A stretch of DNA of 64,000 bases from Callorhinchus milii. Taxonomy: Eukaryota. The translations under genes were made by a program, and so were the position numbers. Within the stretch, counting starts at the first letter, position 1. Every line of letters starts with the position of its first letter. Below, one piece after another: positions 55,701 to 64,000 of the stretch. The notes beneath the pieces were generated by a model that was not told the origin of the DNA, ran no database searches, and saw nothing but the letters and a program-made list of their open reading frames with translations. Location of the stretch: the NCBI RefSeq assembly GCF_018977255.1, contig NW_024704743.1, positions 94,738,001-94,802,000 on the forward strand. Reading direction: 5' to 3'.

Positions 55701-58700
55701 TTTGCTCAGTCAAAAGAATAAACCTTTGGGCTACATCAGGTGAAACTACAATTGCTTGGACTCAAAAGTTTGTAGACAACATCTAAAAAGTATCAGCAGC
55801 TCACTGAACAAGAGCAAAGACGCAAAGCTCCAACTACAAGATTCAACAAATATTACTACTAAACAGTAACTATCCATAACGATTGTTTTATTCAGCGCTT
55901 TGGGACGTCCTCCCGATGTGAAAGTATAAATGTAATTTTGTTGTTGTGGTTGTTGTTTATTGTGTCCTTTATAAGCAGCAGTACATTTACCACCAACATG
56001 ATTTATTTCAAAGGAACCCAGTTCCCCAAACCTAACAACACAAAAAATAGTAATTCACATCTCTTGATTACCATGGAACATCTTTTAACTGGCACGGCTC
56101 TTCCACCAAATCAATAAAACAACCCTGGCCCACATGATTTAATTAATATCAGATACACTCAATTCCTGGGTGATGGCGACCTCCCATACAATCTGTGTGG
56201 CCAGCATAGGGGAGTCCCGAAGCGTAGTGGTTAGTGCGGTCACCTCGCAACGAGATGATCTGGGGCTGATTCCTGGACGGGGCAAAACCTTAGGCAAGTT
56301 TCCTTACTGCACACACCTCTGTTTACCTAGCTGTAAGTAGGAACCTGGTTGTTAGTTGATTGGAGCATCAATTTTTGGGGGAATAATCCCTCAGAAAAAA
56401 ATTGGGTCACTCAATCCACGATTGTTTGTGTGCAATTGGCTGCCACATTTTGTCCACAAAATACAGTCAATCCACTATACAATATATTCTGACTGTCCAG
56501 CGCCTTGGGTCATCCCCCCGACGTGAGAGGTGCTTTGCAAAGGCAATTTTGTATTGTAATTTTGTATTGTGTATTCTGTGAATCCCTTTGAGACGTGTCA
56601 ATGACATGATACAGTGCAATATCAAATTCAAGAATTATTATTATATTTCTCTAATGGTGAAAAAAAGACCTTGTTTTTCATATAATATCAGCTGGGCCAA
56701 TATAAAAGTGTGGAAATATTTGCTAAAAATTGCGGGGAGATTTACAAAATTGAGCAGGGAATTGCGGGTGAGCTTGCCAAATTTTATGAAAAATTGCGGG
56801 GAGTTGATTGGTGCTATTGAAGTACATTTTACTGCCATCCTATATTTTTTCACCTTATTAATAAAAGCTAAACATAAGGAAATAACACATATTAGATTGT
56901 TTAAAAAAAAAATTAATTGCTTCTCTAACATAAACTGGGTGGCCCTTTTTTTCGTGGTGACGGTGGGGGGGAAGTGTGGACACCAGCGAGGCGACAGGAG
57001 CTCACCACCTCCTGCCTCTCAGGGCCGGCACCACACACAGACCCAGAGACCCAATACGAGACACACACACTCACATACACAGAGAGAGATACACACTCTC
57101 AGAGACACACATTCTCAGAGATATACACACACACACAGACACACTCACAAACACACACAGAGAGGAGAGACACTCACACAGACACTCACACACATGGAGA
57201 GAGACACTCACACAGACACTCACAAACACATGGAAAGAGACACTCACGCAGACACTCACACACATGGAGAGAGCCACTCACACAGACACTCACAAACACA
57301 ACAGCAGTGGTTCAGAGCAAAGCCCATTTGCCACTTGCGCCACACAGCGCACGGGCGTCGCAAGCCGCTCAGCCTACAATGACGTCAGGTAACCAGCGAG
57401 CGGCCCGGGGGCTAGAAACTTCACTTATAGCGGATTTGTAGCGGAGGTTGATGTTTGTGCTGGATTCCATGGAGAAAGTGCGATTGTACTTTTCAATGGC
57501 CCAGGTTATCAGTTATGAACTCAATTGGTAGCTCAGCCCAATTCTGGGGCTCTTCAGTCCAATTTGGTTTTGCTTCAACTATCAAATCCTTTCACTGATG
57601 CCTGTGAATGATTCCTTAAGACACTCAGCACAGGGATGGCACTTGAGAGGATAGAGTGGAACGCTTTATTTCCATTCTAAAGAAACTGAATTTTGGAGAC
57701 CCTTTCATCAATGAATCAAAGTACTCTGTAATGGCTCCAAGTTCTCAGGATCCCTGGGTTCCTCTGCTACTTCCATTACTAGTACAATTTCTAATTCAGA
57801 CTATTAAGAACAATCTAGACATATTAAGGATGTCACATTTGTTTGTCACCAAGAATAGCAATTTATACACAGAGGCAAATGACACATTATCTTTTTATGT
57901 AGCCTGTGAACCTCCGCTACATTGCCCGTCTCCGACAATACCTCACCACAAAAGCTGCCGAAACCCTTGTCCGTGCCTTTGTCAACTCTCAGCTGGACTA
58001 CTCTAACGCCCTCCAGTCTCCCCTCCTCCACGATTCACAAAATTCAGGTCATTCAAAACTCCACTGCCCGCATTCTCACCCATACCAAACTCCACACCCA
58101 ATTACTCCAGTTCTTGCAAAACTCCACTGGCTCCTTGTTACAGAGCGGATCGACTTCAAGATCCTCACTCTAAATCCCTCCTTTCCTTGTACCCCCATAT
58201 CTTTCTAACCGCCTCTGGAGCTCTTTAACACTGCCGCGGAGCACTATTGTGACTAACTACCTCCACATGTCTCCCTTATGAACCATATCCTCCCCACACC
58301 AGAAGGAATAATCTAACTGCGCACCACATACTTCTACAACAACAAAGGCTTGCATTTATATAGTGCCCCTCACACGTGGTAGCATCCCAGAGCACTTTTA
58401 CTTCTATCAACACTTATATAACGTCCTCCACACAGAGTAGTGCTCAGGGCGCTTAACAGTGGCGGAGCCTGCCTCAGAGCCGGTGAGGGGGAGGTGGCTA
58501 TAAGCATGGTCGAACAGGAAGGTCTTCAGGCAGGACTTGAAAAAGGGGAGAGAGGGAGCAAGGCGAAGGGATTGAGAGAGAGTGTTCCGGAGTTTCGAAG
58601 CGTAGTGGCTGACAGCATGACCTCTGATGGTTGGGCGGAGAGTGTGAGGGACGAGCAGGAGGCTAGTCTTTGGGACGTCCTCCCGACGTGAAAGGCGCTA

Positions 58701-60558
58701 TATCAAATGCAAGGATTATTATTATTATTATTAGTCAAGCAGAGGCGCCTGGTGGTGGATTGGGGAGTGAGGAAGTCAGAGAGGTAGGGAGGTGCCAGAG
58801 AGTGAAGGGTTTCAACACAAGTGTGAGGATCTTGAAGTCAATCCATTCGGTGATGGGAAGCCTGGCTGGAACTGGTGAGATGTGGTTACGGAGTTTAGTC
58901 CAGATAAGTATGCAGACGTCAGAGTTCTGAATGAGCTGGATCTTTAGTGGAGCTGAGGAGTCTGTTTGAGTAATCCAAGTGGGAGGTGACAAAACTATCT
59001 TTAACTATCCTTACTGTAGTTAAAGCAATACATTTAACAGTAGTGAGAAAGCAGTCGTTTTTAGTTTAGATGTCTGAACCACGCTCCAATAATAACCTGG
59101 AGTTAATCTAAAAATACAACTGATTGAGCAATTTGGAATCTTAATACTCTATTACTTCCATTTTAATTTCTTGACTATTCAGATTTGTTGGTCAAAAATC
59201 AATTATATACAATGATTAGGTTAGCAAACAGACAATACTATTGTATACTATTGTGTACAACTGAAAAAACTTATCCATGTTTTTAATGTTAGCGAATAAA
59301 TGAAATAAAGATTGATATAAAATGCCACTATATAAAATTGGGCATTTACTTCATGGCTGTCTGTGGGACATTGCGGTGCGCAAATTGGCTGTTACGTTTA
59401 CAATACAGATACAGAGTTACTACACTTCACAGCAAATTCTATTGCTTTGAAGCAACATGATAAGGCTCTATATTAAATGCACAAGTTAATTATTATATGT
59501 AGCAGCTATTAATTGGGACCCTTGGTGGTTTGATTCTTATTGACTGTATTGAATGAATTTAATCTTATTCAATAAACTTTGCAAAATTAGAATAACACAT
59601 GTATCTATTTGTTTCTGCATTAATTTTTTCACAGCAGCTAAATACTTGCATGACAATACCTGCTTTTAATTGAAAATGAAGGAATATTTTAACAGCATTC
59701 CTCTCTTTGACGTCCCAGATTCCACCCAGTTTTAGTCAGTAAATTCAGAATTGCAGAAAATTCTTAAAATTCATTCTTAATTTTGAAGCCAGTTCTTTTT
59801 AAATACTATGGAAAATTGGCTTCCAAATTAAGGCTAGATTTAAAGATTTTTTGTAATTCTGCGCGATCTGTAATTCTAAGACGAAAAGATTTTACAGGTT
59901 AAGACTTGGTGGGATTTGGGGCTTTTAGTTTGGTAAAGTCAATCATCCATTGGTGGGGGGAGAGGCGGAAGAAGTTATTTTATTTGTGCAGTGAATGGTG
60001 CTAACCAAAACATGGGAATAAAAAGCCTCAAGACAGACTGACTAAATACAAACTTACTGCACAACATCATCAAATGCAGTACAGGCACATGCACCTCATT
60101 AATCACACTACCATAAATTATGTAAAAGTACATTTCAAAACATATCTCAGGCGGGAGGGGGGAAAAGAACTGAGGCATCAAGAAACAAATTGTTCACTTC
60201 AATGAATTATTGACCAGAATACAGCTGTAATCCTGCTGCATGACACAGACATGATTACTTATAAATAGGTGATTCTGATAGATCTAGTCCAGAAGAGTAT
60301 GAAAGAATACCAAGTACACACTACTTGTAGCAACTGTCAGTTACAGTCAATGTTTCTGAACTCTCAAAATACACATCTAATGTCTTGTCTTTTAAATTTG
60401 CAAACTACTGGTTATGTACACAGAAATTACCGGCAAGTCCACATACCTCCATTTTCCTCTCCATTACTATTGTTTGTTTCAGCCATTTCACAGCTGTCTA
60501 AATCTGATTCACCGTCCAAGTCAATGACCCCGTCTGCTGACATTACCAATTCATCTTT
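1..60558 (-). CDS. ASXL3: ASXL3 gene, partial. Joined CDS on minus strand: 60558-60447, 48152-48031, 28875-28758, 24574-24446, 19283-19120, 12393-12297, 10287-10182, 8710-7624, 3274-<1, with a frame break near 1742
   Basis: Manual translation gives ASXL motifs [37 protein letters not shown] and [13 protein letters not shown]. It also gives motifs I recall as ASXL3-specific: [31 protein letters not shown] and [20 protein letters not shown]. All introns are GT-AG and exon phases match. Confidence 0.95.
1742..3274 (-). CDS. ASXL3: ASXL3 last exon, 5' part: ASXM1 ([16 protein letters not shown]...[18 protein letters not shown]...[13 protein letters not shown]) followed by an S/A/T/V-rich repeat tract
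   Basis: Acceptor tgtttctttaacag|ATT, in frame with ORF 1655..3187. As assembled, this frame reaches TAA at 1657-1655. Confidence 0.93.
2905..7700 (-). CDS. Putative ASXL3-TF overlapping +1-frame ORF (spliced 7700-7624 + 3274-2905), 147 codons after the shift-site Phe, with an EHNY motif
   Basis: Stop-free +1 frame across the splice junction: [46 protein letters not shown]...[23 protein letters not shown]. It is preceded by in-frame UCC_UUU_CGG. Confidence 0.75.
3312..3430 (-). mobile_element. CR1 LINE 3' end remnant
   Basis: (ATCATAGA)2 tail and 'gaaggaggccatt..gcccatc' 3'UTR, similar to the ends of the CR1 copies at 21350 and 52500. Confidence 0.6.
4681..5690 (-). mobile_element. L2-type LINE 3' fragment (decayed ORF2 C-terminus)
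   Basis: Broken minus-strand ORFs ([13 protein letters not shown]..., [15 protein letters not shown]) and a (TTG)n tail at 4681. Confidence 0.85.
5691..6276 (-). mobile_element. Two tandem tRNA-derived SINEs (5691-5955 lacking the head; 5956-6276 full length)
   Basis: On the minus strand: A box TAGCTCAGTGG, B box GTTCAATTCC, body 'gtgcgcaattggctgcc', L2-like tail and (TTA)n end. Near-identical copies occur elsewhere in the window. Confidence 0.9.
6358..6640 (-). mobile_element. L2-type LINE 3' end
   Basis: Closely similar to 47440-47720. Encodes APRLWNS..GLKTFLF remnants. Confidence 0.8.
6690..7048 (+). mobile_element. Degenerate CR1 LINE 3' fragment
   Basis: YKIMKG...[10 protein letters not shown]...FKREMD..KGYGEK remnants and a CR1-like 3' tail 'tcctatgttcttatg'. 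Confidence 0.65.
7624..8710 (-). CDS. ASXL3: ASXL3 penultimate exon (~exon 11), 1087 nt, ending [13 protein letters not shown]...QPKVPPIK
   Basis: ORF 7618..8733. Acceptor ttccctttgtgctcag|G and donor AAG|gtatga. Phase 2 to 0. Contains IQEEIAEE and KVPPIK motifs. Confidence 0.94.
7696..7704 (-). promoter_or_regulatory. Candidate +1 programmed ribosomal frameshift site UCC_UUU_CGG
   Basis: Zero-frame codons TCC TTT CGG (S-F-R), at the position equivalent to the ASXL1 QSFR UCC_UUU_CGU site. Fits the UUU_CGN class of +1 sites. Confidence 0.7.
9181..9855. repeat. Intronic minisatellite with 18-20 bp units (GTGGCAGTCAGAGAGAGAGA-like)
   Basis: More than 30 visible tandem units. Explains the spurious repetitive ORFs at 9097-9874. 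Confidence 0.97.
10182..10287 (-). CDS. ASXL3: ASXL3 exon (~exon 10), 106 nt: (G)[34 protein letters not shown](K)
   Basis: Conserved DEUBAD C-terminal helix. Acceptor tttgtgcag|GT and donor AA|gtaagt. Phase 1 to 2. Confidence 0.96.
10611..10918 (-). mobile_element. tRNA-derived SINE, near full length
   Basis: Same family as 5956-6276. Confidence 0.88.
12297..12393 (-). CDS. ASXL3: ASXL3 exon (~exon 9), 97 nt, DEUBAD with NEF motif: [32 protein letters not shown](G)
   Basis: Contains LNNEFF, the BAP1-activating NEF motif. Acceptor ccttgttttcag|ATG and donor GAAG|gtacaa. Phase 0 to 1. Confidence 0.96.
13930..14575 (-). mobile_element. L2-type LINE 3' fragment
   Basis: [23 protein letters not shown]...[14 protein letters not shown] remnant and a (TTG)n tail. 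Confidence 0.88.
14590..14802 (-). mobile_element. Deu-domain SINE fragment
   Basis: Reverse complement of the Deu core 'gtcggaggtgc...caggtggatgttaaagatcccatggcacta'. Confidence 0.75.
19120..19283 (-). CDS. ASXL3: ASXL3 exon (~exon 8), 164 nt, start of ASXH/DEUBAD: (G)[54 protein letters not shown]
   Basis: Diagnostic ASXH sequence. Acceptor aaaacag|GA and donor CAG|gtgagc. Phase 1 to 0. Confidence 0.96.
21350..22050 (-). mobile_element. CR1 LINE 3' fragment
   Basis: Remnant [38 protein letters not shown] and a CR1 3' tail. Confidence 0.9.
23020..23290. repeat. Degenerate GA/CA-rich low-complexity repeat
   Basis: Visible (GA)n and (CA)n runs. Confidence 0.8.
24446..24574 (-). CDS. ASXL3: ASXL3 exon (~exon 7), 129 nt: (G)[42 protein letters not shown](G)
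   Basis: Acceptor ttttcttcttgttcag|GA and donor TCAG|gtaatg. Phase 1 to 1. Contains the QLKRLK motif. Confidence 0.88.
25258..25500 (+). mobile_element. Deu-domain SINE fragment
   Basis: Core 'gtcggagatacagtccttcaggtgagacattaaaccgaggtccc...caggtggacgttaaagatcccatg'. Confidence 0.8.
26165..26723. mobile_element. Tail-to-tail SINE pair (+ partial 26165-26357; - full ~26415-26723)
   Basis: Same SINE family in opposite orientations, about 60 bp apart. Confidence 0.85.
28758..28875 (-). CDS. ASXL3: ASXL3 exon (~exon 6), 118 nt: [39 protein letters not shown](G)
   Basis: Acceptor aattgatag|GCA and donor ACAG|gtaagt. Contains the conserved VVLTPLKV motif. Phase 0 to 1. Confidence 0.93.
29845..30985 (-). 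mobile_element. L2-type LINE fragment with RT remnants
   Basis: Remnants [44 protein letters not shown] and [15 protein letters not shown], with frameshifts. Confidence 0.92.
32219..32520 (+). mobile_element. Deu-domain SINE fragment
   Basis: 'ttggagatgccgtacttcag...caggtggacgttaaagat' plus the SINE tail. Confidence 0.75.
33745..34098 (+). mobile_element. tRNA-derived SINE, longer subfamily
   Basis: tRNA-like head and family tail. Has an extra internal segment 'tttaccta...aggaacctggtt' also seen in the copy at 56210. Confidence 0.8.
35044..35361 (-). mobile_element. tRNA-derived SINE, full length
   Basis: Near-identical to 5956-6276. Confidence 0.92.
35735..36100 (+). mobile_element. Deu-domain SINE
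   Basis: 'ggcaagtttccttactccacac', Deu core and L2-like tail. Confidence 0.75.
37535..37930 (+). mobile_element. L2-type LINE 3' fragment
   Basis: [12 protein letters not shown]...AFS...LWNS remnants and a 'cttgggacatcc..gacgtgaaaggcgct' tail. Confidence 0.85.
39350..39858 (-). mobile_element. Deu-domain SINE, near full length with tRNA-like head (a short SINE tail segment is inserted at its 3' end)
   Basis: Head 'tcagcctagctcagttggtagcactcttgcctctg...gtgggttccaagcc', Deu core and tail. Confidence 0.82.
42815..43085 (+). mobile_element. Deu-domain SINE 3' half
   Basis: 'gttaaagatcccatggcacc...gtgtcctggccaac...gtgcaaaattggctg' plus tail. Confidence 0.75.
44521..44837 (-). mobile_element. 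tRNA-derived SINE, full length
   Basis: Near-identical to 5956-6276. Confidence 0.92.
45065..46835 (-). mobile_element. CR1 LINE remnant with ORF1 (esterase-like) C-terminus, endonuclease region and ORF2 C-terminus; RT core absent
   Basis: Remnants VVFSKILP...[24 protein letters not shown]...[18 protein letters not shown] and [26 protein letters not shown]. Confidence 0.85.
47440..47845 (-). mobile_element. L2-type LINE 3' end (young-looking, CpG-retaining)
   Basis: [13 protein letters not shown]...GLKTFLF remnants and a (TTG)n tail. Confidence 0.88.
48031..48152 (-). CDS. ASXL3: ASXL3 exon (~exon 5), 122 nt: (V)[40 protein letters not shown]
   Basis: Acceptor ttctttcttatacag| and donor CAG|gtaagt. 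Contains the [10 protein letters not shown] motif. Phase 1 to 0. Confidence 0.92.
49530..49942 (-). mobile_element. Deu-domain SINE, degenerate
   Basis: Similar throughout to 39500-39858. Confidence 0.75.
51300..52566 (+). mobile_element. CR1 LINE, 5'-truncated, with RT remnants
   Basis: Remnants [50 protein letters not shown] and [15 protein letters not shown]. Ends in a (TTCTATGA)n tail. Confidence 0.95.
56210..56545 (+). mobile_element. tRNA-derived SINE, longer subfamily
   Basis: Head 'gagtcccgaagcgtagtggttagtgcgg' and 'ggcaagtttccttact', with a body like the copy at 33745. Confidence 0.78.
57030..57302. repeat. Compound CA/GA tandem repeat (CAGACACTCACACACATGGAGAGAGACACTCACA-like units)
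   Basis: Directly visible tandem units. Confidence 0.9.
57905..58175 (+). mobile_element. L2-type LINE fragment
   Basis: Remnant [34 protein letters not shown]...[14 protein letters not shown]. Confidence 0.88.
58336..58992 (-). mobile_element. L2-type LINE 3' fragment interrupted by a + strand SINE/LINE tail (58668-58732)
   Basis: IQLIQNS...[10 protein letters not shown] and LKTFLFD remnants. Inserted tail reads 'tttgggacgtcctcccgacgtgaaaggcgct...(tta)n'. Confidence 0.8.
60447..60558 (-). CDS. ASXL3: ASXL3 exon (~exon 4), 112 nt: [37 protein letters not shown]
   Basis: Acceptor ttatctacag|AAA and donor GGAG|gtatgt. Phase 0 to 1; the terminal G joins TT of the next exon to give Val. Resembles the vertebrate ASXL3 segment ending ..GEENGV. 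Confidence 0.85.
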
Positions 60559-62624
60559 CTGTAGATAACAAAAACAGTTAAGTCAATGGTCACAGATCCT
60601 TTCTTACAAAGGAAATGTGTTTTATAAAATGGCACAACAGCTATTTTCCATTTAAACAGACGGCAGCTTGCCAACCTTACCTTGGTATTACATAGTTCTA
60701 CATCTTGTTGAGACGAGCCATGCTCTGCATACAAAACATATGGGAGACTTTTGCCCCTTGTACACTGATGAATAATGCTTTACACTGAACTACTGAACTG
60801 AAAGCCCAATTCCTTAACCTCATAACTAGAGTCTGCCTTCCAGCTTTAATTCCAGTCAGTGACATCAGTGCCCAGACTCCTGAAGAGAAATACAAATCCT
60901 TCCATATTACTGACTGTGTCCATATCTTGAATCTGAATGGTTTTAACGATTGCAAGGATAATAATACACAAGAACAATTAGAACAGCCTAGGTCTTGGAT
61001 CAAAGGTGCCCTTTGCAGCATATTACAATGAGATTTATCCATGACAAAAATGTTTCACCTGCATAACATTTTTGCTGTTTGTGTTAAATAGTTTATAACT
61101 TATTTAAGTAAGAATCTGGTCATCCTGGAAGGATCAGTGCACGGTTTGAGTGCTGCTATCAGCCTGCTATCCTCAACTTCTCAGTAAAGGGTGCAGTCAT
61201 CGATATTACATTAAATCCTAAACTATTCTTTGAGCAGCTCTCTCCCTATTTCGAATCCTTTATAGCTTTCAAAAATGGCTGACCAGTCTTGCACAGTAGC
61301 AGTTAATTCCCCATTGCTGCTAATGTGCTTGGGTGACTGATTGGTAGACAGCCATCACGTGTTCGAACATCACATAGGGGTATCCTCAATCACCTGCCTC
61401 AGTTGTGTATAAATGCAAAGAGTTCAACAAATCAAAGCACTGTATTTTCAAACACTACTAAAAAATTAAAAGACGAATTAAGCAGTAATGCAAATACAGC
61501 ATGGAATTGAGCTTGCAATTGATTTTGAAGGGTTGCCTGCAGCATTATTGCTAAAGCAGTTTTTTTTATACAAAAAAAGATTATTGCCTCAGTTAACCAC
61601 TGAGCCAAACTGGATCAGATGAGTGAAATTCCCATCGCAATGAGAAGCAATAGAAAGTATTTGATCTCCTTAATGGTAAACATAACCAAAATCATTACAC
61701 TATTTTCTCCTACATTCAAACATTTATATGGATATGTGCCTTTACCCTATCAAACAGTCTTTTATGAAAAAGGATATAGGTCAACACGTTTCCTATTTCT
61801 TCACAACGATAAAGAAATGTGTTTTACTGAAACTGGTTTCAAAAGTAATTATATGTTTACTTACTTTAAGAGCATAAAGACCCATCTTTCCTGGGATTCG
61901 ACAGAAGGCTCCATCTTCCACACGAGCATTTGTATGGAGCATAGCATTAAGGCAGGCCAGAGGAGATGTTCCGCTGATTTGAGACAGATGCATAAATAAA
62001 TGTGTGAGCACTTCCCACATGATATTCACTTTCAACTTGGACTTTGTGCAAATTCCTCCAACCCTGACCAGCATCTGCATTACAATAGTGGATTCAGAGA
62101 GCAAAATTTAATCTTGAGCATTCGTAAAGTAAGGTTTCAGCCATAGCAAAACAAAAAAAAATTACCTTTCAGGTTTTCAATCTAAAATTTTGCACGTGCA
62201 TTGGAAAACTTAAAAGATAACTCCAAAACCTCACTCAAAAAACACACAGGCAATAATCTAAGAAACCACTGTGATCTAAAATGCCACAATGATCAAAGAA
62301 AGGGAAGGTTCAAGGGTATCAGGATTCAATGAAATGAAAAAAAATGCATTAGACTGACTTGGAAGTGGGGGCTGGGAAAAGCTATAATCTCTACCCCTCA
62401 CCAACCCTCCACCCCACCCCGCCAGTCTTTTATTATGAAGTTGTCTATACTGATTTTAAATGTGATATAAACTTCTTGCTTTTATGTTCAGCCTGGTTTG
62501 TCTCAAAGACAATAATCCTTGCATTTTGCCCACAAATATACAGTCAATTCACTCTACAGTCTATTCTGTGAAGCGTTTTGAGATGTCTAGAAGACGTGAA
62601 ATGATATCAAATGCAAGGATTATT

Positions 62625-63250
62625 ATCCTGAAGCTCAGTGGTTAGAGTAATAATAATAATAATAATCCTTGCATTTGATATAGCGCTTTTCACGTCAGGA
62701 GGACGTCCCAAAGCGCTTCACAGAACACACTGTAAAGTGAATTGACTGTATATTTGTGGGCGAACGCGGCAGCCAATTGCGCACAGCAATGTCCCACAAA
62801 CAGTCATAGATTGAAAATGACCAATTTAATTATTGTTTTTAGTTTTGGAGGGATTATTATTAGGCGTGTGGAGTAAGGAAACTTGCCCAAGGTTTCGCCC
62901 TGCCTGGAATTGAACTCAGGTCTCTCACTTGCAAAGCGAGTGCTCTAACCACTGAGCTACAGTACTCGCCTCACAAGCAAGAGACCTGGGTTCGATTCCC
63001 TGCAGGGTGAAACCTTGGGCAAGTTTCCTTACTCCACACACCTAATAATAAACCCTCAAGAAAAAAAAACAATAATAAATTGGTCACTTCAATCCACGAC
63101 TGTTTGTGGGACACTGCTGTGCTCAATTGGCTGCCGCGTTTCGTCCACAAATATACAGTCAATTCATTTTACAATATATTCTATGAAGCGCTTTGAGACG
63201 TCTAGAAACGTGAAAAGCGTTATATCAAATGCAAGGATTATTATTATTAT
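62625..63250. mobile_element. Nested SINEs: a minus-strand copy (62649-62961) inserted in the tRNA head of a plus-strand copy (62625-62648 + 62961-63250)
   Basis: The plus-strand head 'tcctgaagctcagtggttagagta' resumes as 'agtactcgcc...ctgggttcgattcc' after the insert. Confidence 0.85.
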
Positions 63251-63544
63251 TGCATTTGATATTGCATGTTCGTGTTCATATGTAATTATGTGAAGTATAT
63301 CTGTGAAGCGTAACGACTGTATATTTGCAACAGCCATTTTGCACACAGCAAGGTCCCACAAACCGTTTTGAACACCAATTTATCTGTTAGATTGTTTGCC
63401 TGGCACCAGAGAAACACCCCNTTTTTTTTCAAATAGTGCAACATGGAAACCCAAGGGCTGGCCGAGACAGGCAAGGATGTGCCACCCCCCTAGACAATCC
63501 AGCAGCCTGTCAGAAAAGGAGGGAAAGAGAGAAAGAAAACCAGA

Positions 63545-63885
63545 CAAGTCATGTTGATAGGGGATTCAGCTATTCGGTTTACAGACAGAATTCTGTGCAA
63601 ACTGGACCCAGAAAATCAAATGGTAAGTTGCCTCCCAGGCACACGAGTTGAGGATCTGATGTCCCACGTTGACAAAATGCTAGAGTGACCAGGTGAGGAA
63701 CCAATCGTGGTTGTCCATATGGGAAGAAATAACCTAGATAGAAGTAGACCAGAAGTCCTACATGCTAAATTCAGGGCACGAGGAAGGAAGCTAAAGGGAA
63801 AGATCTCAAGTGTAGTTTTTTCAGAAATACTCCCCATACCATGTACTAGTGAGGGGAGACACAGGGTAACAAAACAACTCAAGAG
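63545..63885 (+). mobile_element. CR1 ORF1 (SGNH esterase-like) remnant
   Basis: Remnants LIGDS, CLPG.RV.D and VVVHMGRNN...KLKGKISSVVFSEILPIPC. Homologous to 46700-46830. Confidence 0.75.
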
Positions 63886-64000
63886 GAAAAAAAAGGCATT
63901 TAAGGCCATGTAGGAAAATGGCACAGAGGAAAGACGGACTCATTACCAGAAGGCATGCCAGGATCGTAAAAAAGGTATCAGAATGGCTAAGAAACAGTTT

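Noticed and set aside
56588..57441. 264-aa and overlapping + strand ORFs rich in H/T/R
   Set aside because: They read through CA/GA simple repeats, with no recognisable domain or splice structure.

Overview
This is vertebrate DNA, probably from a cartilaginous fish. That is inferred from the DeuSINE/L2/CR1 repeat content and is not proven. The window holds most of an ASXL3 (additional sex combs-like 3) gene on the minus strand: nine GT-AG coding exons, equivalent to about exons 4-12, from 60558 down to the window edge. All exon phases are compatible. They encode the ASXH/DEUBAD region, the ASXM1 'RTLADIK' region and the ASXM2 '[10 protein letters not shown]' motif. Exons 1-3 and the C-terminal PHD finger lie outside the window. 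Introns are filled with tRNA-derived/Deu-domain SINEs, L2 and CR1 LINE remnants and simple repeats. Main result: the spliced ASXL3 mRNA carries a hidden overlapping +1-frame ORF. An in-frame UCC_UUU_CGG motif (7704-7696; influenza PA-X/ASXL1-type +1 frameshift site) is followed by 147 stop-free +1 codons. These cross the 7624/3274 splice junction and contain an EHNY HCF-1-binding motif near their end. This matches the 'TF' transframe system proposed for ASXL1 and ASXL2, here found in an ASXL3 paralogue. Separately, the last exon has an apparent 1-nt deletion near 1742 (assembly error or real truncation) and a degenerate 9-aa repeat tract.
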